DNA of 64,000 nucleotides from Sphaerodactylus townsendi (taxonomy: Eukaryota): NCBI RefSeq assembly GCF_021028975.2, contig NC_059429.1, forward strand, positions 71,920,001 to 71,984,000, in the 5' to 3' direction. This document shows, piece by piece, positions 13,701-22,700 of the stretch. The notes beneath the pieces are model-generated. The model was not told the origin of the DNA. It saw only the letters and a program-made list of their open reading frames with translations, and did not search any database. Within the stretch, counting starts at the first letter, position 1, and each line of letters begins with the position of its first letter. Both the position numbers and the translations under genes were made by a program.

Positions 13701-16700
13701 CCCCTCCCGAAGAACCACCAGGGGTTTTCGTGTGATCCATAGGATGCACCGTCTGCCCAAAGATCAGATTGCTGCAGTCATAGCTGAAATGGGAGAGTGA
13801 ACACAACCAAAGATCAGTCAGGACTACTTCATGTCCTTTAGACCCCTAGATAGGAGACTTACCTACCCAACCCTACCCATGCTGTGCTGCCAGAGGTCTG
13901 ATCATGTGTCGCCTTCAAACACTATGCACTAATTCTCTTTTTAGCATTAAGGGCTGTGAGGGAACAGAAACGGGAAAAAAGCATGCTATTATTCCTAGAA
14001 AGCCACCCAACACTTTCCAATTACTTCTTGGTTAACCTGGAAGTAGTTAAACACAGGGTGTGCTGGGGTTTGGTCTGAACTCCATTTTCAATGCTCAAAC
14101 AGCCCTGAAACATGTGCAGAGTGCCACTTGCCTCGGTACTGTGTAATTAACCATAATCTCTCTCAAATTAAGGGAAACAACTGCCAGGCCACCTCAGTTT
14201 TCATCATTCCTGGGGAATCTCTTACTTAGAAATTGGAAGCTATTAAGGGCATAGCAGGAATTTTTCCATCCCCCTAAGATGGAGTTACTATTGTAACTTG
14301 CTCTACGCAGGCCTTCCCTTGCACCTGATCCGTAAATTGAAGCTGGTCCAACATGTGGCGGCTTGTCTGCTCACAGGGGGTGCCTTTAGAGATCATATTT
14401 CACTTGTGTTGAGCTGCCTGCATTGGCTCCCAGTTGAATTCTGAATCATTTTCAAGGTGTTGGTGCTAACCTTTAAGGCCTTACGTGGCCTGGGACCCTT
14501 GTGCCTCCAGGACCATCTTACTCCACATGTCCCAGTTTGGCCTCTGCATTTGGCAGAGGCTAATTTGCTGGTGGTCTACGGCCCCTCAATGATGTGGCTG
14601 GCCTCCACCTAGGCCAGGACCTTTATGGCCCTGGCCCCTGCCTGGTGGAACTCTCTTCCTCCAGCTGTCCGAGCCCTGCGAGATTTTGGTGAGTTCCGCA
14701 GGGCCTGTAAGACCAAGTTTTCCACCAGGCTTTTGGAGAGGCCGGCCGCTTATGTGGCTCCTCCCCGCCCCCTTGGTGGTCTTTATAACATCTGTTGGAC
14801 CTACCATTCCCCTCTTGGGAGGGTTTTAGCTGTCGGATGCCATATATTATATATATTGCATACTAGAACACTGTATGCTGTACATTTTAACAGGTTTTAT
14901 CTATTTAATTTTAATAGAGCCTATATATACCTTATTTATAGTTATATTTTGTTTATGTCTTAAACTGTGCTCTATGTGTTATTTAAAATGTTGTACACTG
15001 CCCAGAGCCCTTTGGGNNNNNNNNNNNNNNNNNNNNNNNNNNNNNNNNNNNNNNNNNNNNNNNNNNNNNNNNNNNNNNNNNNNNNNNNNNNNNNNNNNNN
15101 NNNNNNNNNNNNNNNNNNNNNNNNNNNNNNNNNNNNNNNNNNNNNNNNNNNNNNNNNNNNNNNNNNNNNNNNNNNNNNNNNNNNNNNNNNNNNNNNNNNN
15201 GTTAAAAATATTTGTCCTCTGACAAAAATGGAGAAATTGTGTGTGTATATGTGTGAAGTGCCATCAAGTCACGGCCTACTTATAGCGATCCTGTAGAGGA
15301 TGGAGAATTAAAGTGCACGTGCAATTTTAATAAGTGACTAGTGCTCTTATGAAAAGATTTAAAAACATACATGACATAATCAACATTTACAAAGACTCGA
15401 ATACACAACGAAAGAACTGGTGGCAATTTACCAATTAGAAAAAGGTTGCGTTTAAGCACAAATGGGACATCTCCTGACCAGTGGTGGGATTTAGCAAGTT
15501 CGTACCACTTCGGCAGAACTGGTTGTTAAAATGGTGCTTGTAAACAACCAGTTGTTAATGTATTGTCGAAGGCTTTCACGGCCGGAATCACTTGGGTGCT
15601 GTGTGGTTTCCGGGCTGTATGGCCATGTTCTAGCAGCATTCTCTCCTGACGTTTCGCCTGCATCTGTGGCTGGCATCTTCAGAGGATCTGATGTTGGGAA
15701 AGCAAGTGGAGTATATATCTGTTGGAGTGTCCAGGGTGGGTGGGGAAACCTCGTCTGTGAGTAACAAAGGCGGCAACCAAAGGGTGTGCTAAAAGATGAC
15801 AGGGAGATTGCAGAAAAGCTGAATGAATTCTTTGCATCTGTCTTCACCCAAGAGGAGGTGAGGAAAATTCCTGCACCTGAACCAAGCTTCTTAGGAGGCG
15901 AATCCGAGGAACTAACGAAGATAGTGGTAGACAAGGAAGAAGTTCTGGCAGCCATTGATAAACTAAATGCTACCAAATCCCCTGGCCCAGATTGCATTCA
16001 TCCAAGAGTTCTTAAAGAGCTCAAGCATGAAATTGCTGATGTTCTCACTTTAATATGCAACTTATCCTTGAAATCAGGCTCCATCCCTGAAGACTGGAAG
16101 ATGGCCAATGTCACACCAATCTTTAAGAAAGGAACTAGGGGGGACCCAGGAAATTACAGGCCAGTCAGTTTGACATCTGTTCCTGGTAAATTAGTAGAAT
16201 CTGTCATTAAAGATAAAATTATAAAACATGTACAAAAGCAAGACCTGCTGAGAAAGAGTCAGCATGGCTTTTGCAGAGGCAAATCCTGTCTTACAAACTT
16301 ACTAGAGTTCTTTGAGGATGTAAACAGGCATGTGGATAAGGGGGAACCAGTGGACATTGTCTACTTGGATTTCCAAAAGGCTTTTGACAAAGTTCCTCAC
16401 CAGAGACTATTGAGAAAACTCAGCAATGAAGGAATAAGAGGGGAAGTCCTCCTATGGATTAAAAACTGGTTGAGAAACAGGAAGCAAAGAGTGGGTGTAA
16501 ATGAGAAATTCTCACAATGGAGAGATGTAGGGAGTGGTGTCCCCCAAGGATCCGTATTGGGACCAGTGCTCTTTAACCTATTCATAAATGACCTGGAAGT
16601 AGGGGTGGGTAGCGTGGTGGCCAAATTTGCAGATGATACCAAATTATGTAGGGTGGTGAGAACCACAAAGGATTGTGAGGAGCTCCAAGCGGACCTTGAT

Positions 16701-19700
16701 AAATTAGGTGAGTGGGCTAAGAAATGGCAAATGCAGTTCAATGTAGCAAAATGCAAAGTGATGCACATAGGGGCAAAAAATCCAAACTTCACATACACGC
16801 TACAGGGGTCAGTGCTATCAGTCACAGACCAGGAAAGGGATTTGGGCGTCTTAGTTGATAGTTCCATGGGAATGTCAACTCAATGCATGGCAGCTGTGAA
16901 AAAGGCAAACTCTATGATGGGGATAATTAGAAAAGGAATTGATAATAAAACTGCAAAGATTGTCATGCCCTTATATAAAGCCGTGGTGCAACCGCACTTG
17001 GAGTACTGTGTTCAGTTCTGGTTGCCACATCTCAAAAAGGATATTGTAGAAAAAGTGCAGAGAAGGGCAACGAGGATGATTGAGGGACTGGAGCACCTTC
17101 CTTATGAGGAAAGGCTGCAGCGTTTGGGACTCTTTAGTTTGGAGAGGAGACGTCTGAGGGGGGATATGATTGAAGTCTATAAAATTATGCATGGGGTAGA
17201 AAATGTTGACAGAGAGAAATTTTTCTCTCTTTCTCACAATACTAGAACCAGGGGGCATTCATTGAAAATGCTGGGGGGAAGAATTAGAACTAATAAAAGG
17301 AAACACTTCTTCACGCAACGTGTGATTGGTGTTTGGAATATGCTGCCACAGGAGGTGGTGATGGCCACTAACCTGGATAGCTTTAAAAGGGGCTTGAACA
17401 GATTTATGGAGGAGAAGTCGATTTATGGCTACCAATCTTGATCCTCTTGATCTGAGATTGCAAATGCCTTAACAATCCAGGTGCTCGGGAGCAACAGCCG
17501 CAGAAGGCCATTGCTTTCACATCCTACATGTGAACTCCCAAAGGCACCTGGTGGGCCACTGCGAGTAGCAGAGAGCTGGACTAGATGGACTCTGGTCTGA
17601 TCCAGCTGGCTTGTTCTTATGTTCTTAACCAGGTCAATAGTTGAGGGCATCTGAATAGAAGTATGAGTAACAATGAAGACTATAGCCTGGGAGTAACCCT
17701 GTAGATAGCAAGGTCACTGGTGGGAGCATCTGAATAGAAGTATCCTGGCCTTTGTTTCTTTTGTCTATGGTCATCCTGTGTTTGTGTGGAGCTGGTTTGA
17801 CACAGTCTTGACCCTAGTATTTTTCAACACTGGCAGCCAAGTTCTGTTCATTTTCATAGTTTCTTCCTTCCTGTTAAAATTGTCCATGTGCTTATGGATT
17901 TCAATTGCTTCTCTGTGTAGTCTGACGTAGTGGCTTTCAGAGTGGTCCAGAATTTCTGTTTTTTCAAATAATATTCTATGTCCAGGTTGGTTTATCATGT
18001 GTTCTGCTATTGCTGATTTTTCTGGCTGAAATAGTCTGCAGTGCCTTTCGTGTTCTTTGATACGTGTCTGTGCGCTGCGTTTGGTGGTTCCTATGTAGAC
18101 TTGTCCACAGCTGCATGGTATGCGATAGACTCCTGCAGTAGCTAAAGGATCCCTCTTATCCTTTGCTGAACGTAGCATCTGTTGAATTTTCCTAGTGGGT
18201 CTGTAGATTGTTTGTAGGTTGTGCTTCTTCATCAGTTTTCCTATGCGATCAGTGGTTCCCTTGATGTATGGTAAGAACACCTTCCCTCTAGATGGCTCTT
18301 TATCTTCATGTGGCTTGTTCTTGGTCTTGCAGCCCTTCTGATTTCTGTATTAGAGTAACCATTAGCCTGTAGAGCCCTGTTTAGGTGATTCAATTCATCT
18401 TGTAGGAGGTGAGGTTCACAGATTCTGTTTGCGCGATGTACCAAAGTTTTTATGGTGCTCCTTTTTTGCCCTGGATGGTGATTGGAGTTTTTGTGTAGAT
18501 ATCTGTCTGTGTGAGTAGGTTTTCTGTATACTGTGTGTCCCAATTGCTGGTTTGGTTTGCGGATGACTAAAACATCTAAAAATGGCAGTTTTCCTTCATT
18601 TTCTTTCTCCATAGTAAATTGGATGTTTGGGTGGATCTTGTTGATATGGTCCAGGAACGTGTTTAGTTCTTCTTCTCCGTGGCTCCATATGGTGAATGTG
18701 TCATCCACATAACGGAACCATATGGTGGGCTTTTTTGGTGCTGTTTTCAGGGCTTGTTTCTCAAAATGTTCCATATAAAAATTAGCTATTACAGGGCTAA
18801 GAGGGCTACCCATGGCTACCCCATCTTTCTGTTCATAGTATTCATTATCCCACTGGAAGTAGCTGGTAGTGAGACAATGTTGAAACAGGGCTGTGATGTC
18901 TTTTGGGAATTTCTGGTTAATGAGTGTCATGGTGTCTGCTATGGGGACCTTGGTGAATAGGGACACCACATCAAAACTGATCAGTTTGTCATTGGGGTTG
19001 AGTTTGAGTTTGCTGATTTTTTCAATGAAGTGAGTTGAGTCCTTAATGTAATGTGTAGTAAGTCCAATATGGATTTGCAGTTGTGTGGCCAGAAACTGTG
19101 CCAAATCATATGTAGGAGATCCAATTGCACTCACAATAGGTCTGAGTGGAGTGGAGTCCTTGTGGATTTTTGGGAGTCCATAGAGTCTAGGAGGGTGAGC
19201 TTCAGATTTGCAGAGACGTTTGCGAATGATTGGATCAATTGAGGAGTTTTTAATCAAGGTGTTGGTTTTCCTGGTGATTTTGTTGGTTGGGTCCTGTTTT
19301 AACTTTTTGTATGTTGTGGGGTCCAAAAGTTGTCTGATTTTTTCTTTGTATTGGTCTGTTTCCATGATAACCATGGCATTACCTTTAACTGCTGGTAGAA
19401 TAATGATTTCTGAATCAGAATTGAGATCTTTGATGGCTTTTCTTTCTTTCCTTGTTATGTTACTGGAGGGAAGTTTTGCCTTTCTCAGAATCCTTGCTGT
19501 TTCCCCTCTTACTTTGCTTCTTCCTCAGGGAGATGATAAATCGCTGATTCCACATTAGCGATGATGTTTTCCACTGGAATTCTGGTGGTGGTAACAGCAA
19601 AATTGCCTCCTTTTGCTAAGATGGATACTTCAGCCTCAGAGAGTTGCCTCTCAGAATTCCAGTGGAAAACATCATCGCATAAACCAACATAAACCAACCT

Positions 19701-22700
19701 GGACATAGAATATTATTTGAAAAAACAGAAATTCTGGACCACTCTGAAAGCCACTACGTCAGACTACACAGAGAAGCAATTGAAATCCATAAGCACATGG
19801 ACAATTTTAACAGGAAGGAAGAAACTATGAAAATGAACAGAACTTGGCTGCCAGTGTTGAAAAATACTAGGGTCAAGACTGTGCCAAACCAGCTCCACAC
19901 AAACACAGGATGACCATAGACAAAAGAAACAAAGGCCAGGATACTTCTATTCAGATGCTCCCACCAGTGACCTTGCTATCTACAGTGACCTTGCTATCTC
20001 CCAGGCTATAGTCTTCATTGTTACTCATACTTCTATTCAGATGCCCTCAACTATTGACCTGGTTGCCGCCTTTGTTACTCACAGACAAGGTTTCCCCACC
20101 CACCCTGGACACTCCAACAGATATATACTCCACTTGCTTTCCCAACATCAGATCCTCTGAAGATGCCAGCCACAGATGCAGGCGAAACGTCAGGAGAGAA
20201 TGCTGCTAGAACACGGCCATACAGCCCGGAAACCACACAGCACCCAACCAGTTGTTAAATTATTTGAATCCCACTACCGGAACCGGTTGTAAATTATTTG
20301 AATCCCACCACTGCTCCCAACCTTTAAGGGCAATTATTCCCTTTGAAGAGCATAAGAGTATAAGTACCACACACGTGATTAATAGGTTGAAAAAAATCTC
20401 ATTGTTGTAAGACTTAGATAGCTAATAATAGCTAATAATAATAGATAGTTGGCTTAGATAATCGTAAATAGTCTGCTGTAAAAATTGCTTTCATGGGTCC
20501 AACCAGTTTGAGAATCACGGTTTGAGAATTATGTTTTTGTGACAACTTCTTCAGTTGTGAACTGTAACTCCTGCTTACAACTTACAAGGTATAATTTCTG
20601 TTTTACTTCCGCACTACCTCCTTTGCAGCCTGTTGCTGAATTAACAGTGCTGAATTAACAGAGCAAGTTTCATGTTTAGGAAAGAAGGGCTAAACTAAAC
20701 CAATCTCATGATGCCTAAAGATAGCTAATGAAGACAAATGTCCACACATGTAGTATAGCAAAAAAAGTTACAGGCTTACTTCAGCAAAGACTGAGGAACG
20801 TTAGTTTTGACAAATGGAATTGCTCCCTGTTGTTTTAACACCTGAACTACCACAGCATCTGCTGTTGCTGGTTTATGGAGACGCTTCACCAAACCCAGTG
20901 TGGAGTCATGGCCCTGGAGAGTGGCATAAAGAGAAATTGAACTTTCATAAAAAAACATTTCTTGCTGGGAAAATATATTCCAAACTATCAGCATATGCAA
21001 GTTTCCTCAAGAGGGCAAACAGTGACTCCCCTGAGACATTTCCTATCCAGACAATGATATGGGAGGAGTCTTAAATCCTGTTTCCAAGTGCCCTGTGATC
21101 CTAATCTGAATTGGGCCTATGCAAATCTGGGAACAAAGTTTCAAGCACAAGTCTGATTGACAGGAGCTGTGGAAAAGTCAGGGACATTGTTATGTATTAA
21201 GTAGCTCATGGCACAATGCCAGTTCTACCCTCCCCCCATCATTCCTACATTATTAAAAGCAGATTTCCCTCAGGGATTTTTATGAAAACTTGTTAATATA
21301 TAGCTTACATTGTTCAAATTTCTTTGGTATAGTCCAGACAAGGTTACTTTAAAAGTGAGAGAAAAGAATTGAAGCTGGAGAAAATAATACTTCTCACCTA
21401 TTTACCTATCACTTTTTTTACCCATCCTTCTTCCAGAGTTATAATTAGCATATGCTACAACCAGTTACCAATTTGTAATTGGTTGACTGACTGAACTCAA
21501 AGGGTGCTCATTAATAGCCCATCTTCATCCTGGAGAGAAGTGACTAGTGGGGTGCCACAGGGTTCTGTCCTGGGCTCAGTGCTATTCAATATTTTTATCA
21601 ATGACTTGGATGATGGAATAGAGGGCATGCTAATCCAATTGACAGATAACACCAAATTAGGAAGGGTAGCTAATACCCCCGAGTTCAGAGTCAGAATTGA
21701 AAGTGAACTGGACAGATTAGAGAGCTGGGCCAAAACAAAGAAAATTAATTTCAACAGAGATAAATGTAAGATACTACACTTAGGCAGAAAAAAATGAAAT
21801 GCACAGATATAGGATGGGTGACACCTTGCTTGACAATACTATATCATGCGAAAGGGATCTGGGAGTCTTAGTAGCCCACAAACTGAACGTGAGTCAGCAG
21901 TAAGATGCGGCAACCAAGAAAGCCAATGCGATTTTGGGCAGTATCAATAGGAGAATAGTGTCAAGATCAAGGGATGTAATTGTACCTCTCAATTCAGCAT
22001 TGGTTAGACCTCACCTGGAATATTGTGTACAGTTCTGGGCACTGCAATTCAAGAAGGATATTGACAAGCTGGAATGGGTCCAGAGGAGGGCAACCAAAAT
22101 GGTAAAAGGTGTGGAATCCATGCCCTACAAGGAGAGACTTAGGGAGCTAGGTATGTTTAGTTTGGTGAAGAGAAGTTTAAGAGGTGACATGATAGCCATA
22201 TTTAGATATTTGAAGGGATGTCATGTTGGTAAAGGAGCAAGCTTGTTTTCTGCTGCTCCAGAGACTAGGACCATGATTAATGGGTTCAAGGTGAAGGAAA
22301 AGAGATTCCACATAAACATCCAGAAAAACTTCCTGACGGTAAGGGCTGTTTGACAGTGCAATGCACTACTTCAGGGTGTGGTGGAGTCTCCTTCTTTGGA
22401 GGTTTTTAAAGACAGGCTCAATGGCCATCTGTCAGGTGTGCTTTGATAGTGTGCTCCTGCATTGGTCGGCTTGACTTGATGGCCCTTGGGGTCTCTTCCA
22501 ACTCTATGATTCTATGTAGATTTCCCCCTTTTTATTGTATCCTCACAACCACTCTATGAGGCAGCTTAGGCTAAGAATTGGAATTCTATCACCGCTGACT
22601 TGTGATCTAAGAATAATATCTGACAAGAATTATTTAAAAACTACCAGGAAAGATGCATACCCAACTACTGGTTTGCTACAGGAATATCCTGTACTTCATT

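Larger units (their letters stand above)
15559..20245 (-). mobile_element. Penelope-like retroelement (RT + GIY-YIG, Penelope/Poseidon type), 5'-truncated with inverted pseudo-LTR
   Basis: RT motifs LYGLPKIHK, SFDVVSLFT, GVAMGSPLSP, FRYVDD (18241-19374); GIY-YIG GVYRIPCSCGQVYIG (17771-18280); frameshifts near 18300 and 19510. 19689-20245 is an inverted copy of the 3' end. 13-14-bp TSD (C)AACCAGTTGTTAA at 15546-15558 and 20246-20258. Confidence 0.95.
15479..20313. mobile_element. ~135-bp hAT-type MITE split by the Penelope insertion (halves 15479-15558 and 20246-20313)
   Basis: TIRs CAGTGGTGGGATT / AATCCCACCACTG; 8-bp TSD CTCCTGAC/CTCCCAAC. An uninterrupted sister copy lies in opposite orientation at 39928-40064. 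Confidence 0.88.

Noticed and set aside
15786-19374. Reverse transcriptase next to a nuclease as a novel RT-based or defence system
   Set aside because: Fully explained as a CR1 inserted in a Penelope element.
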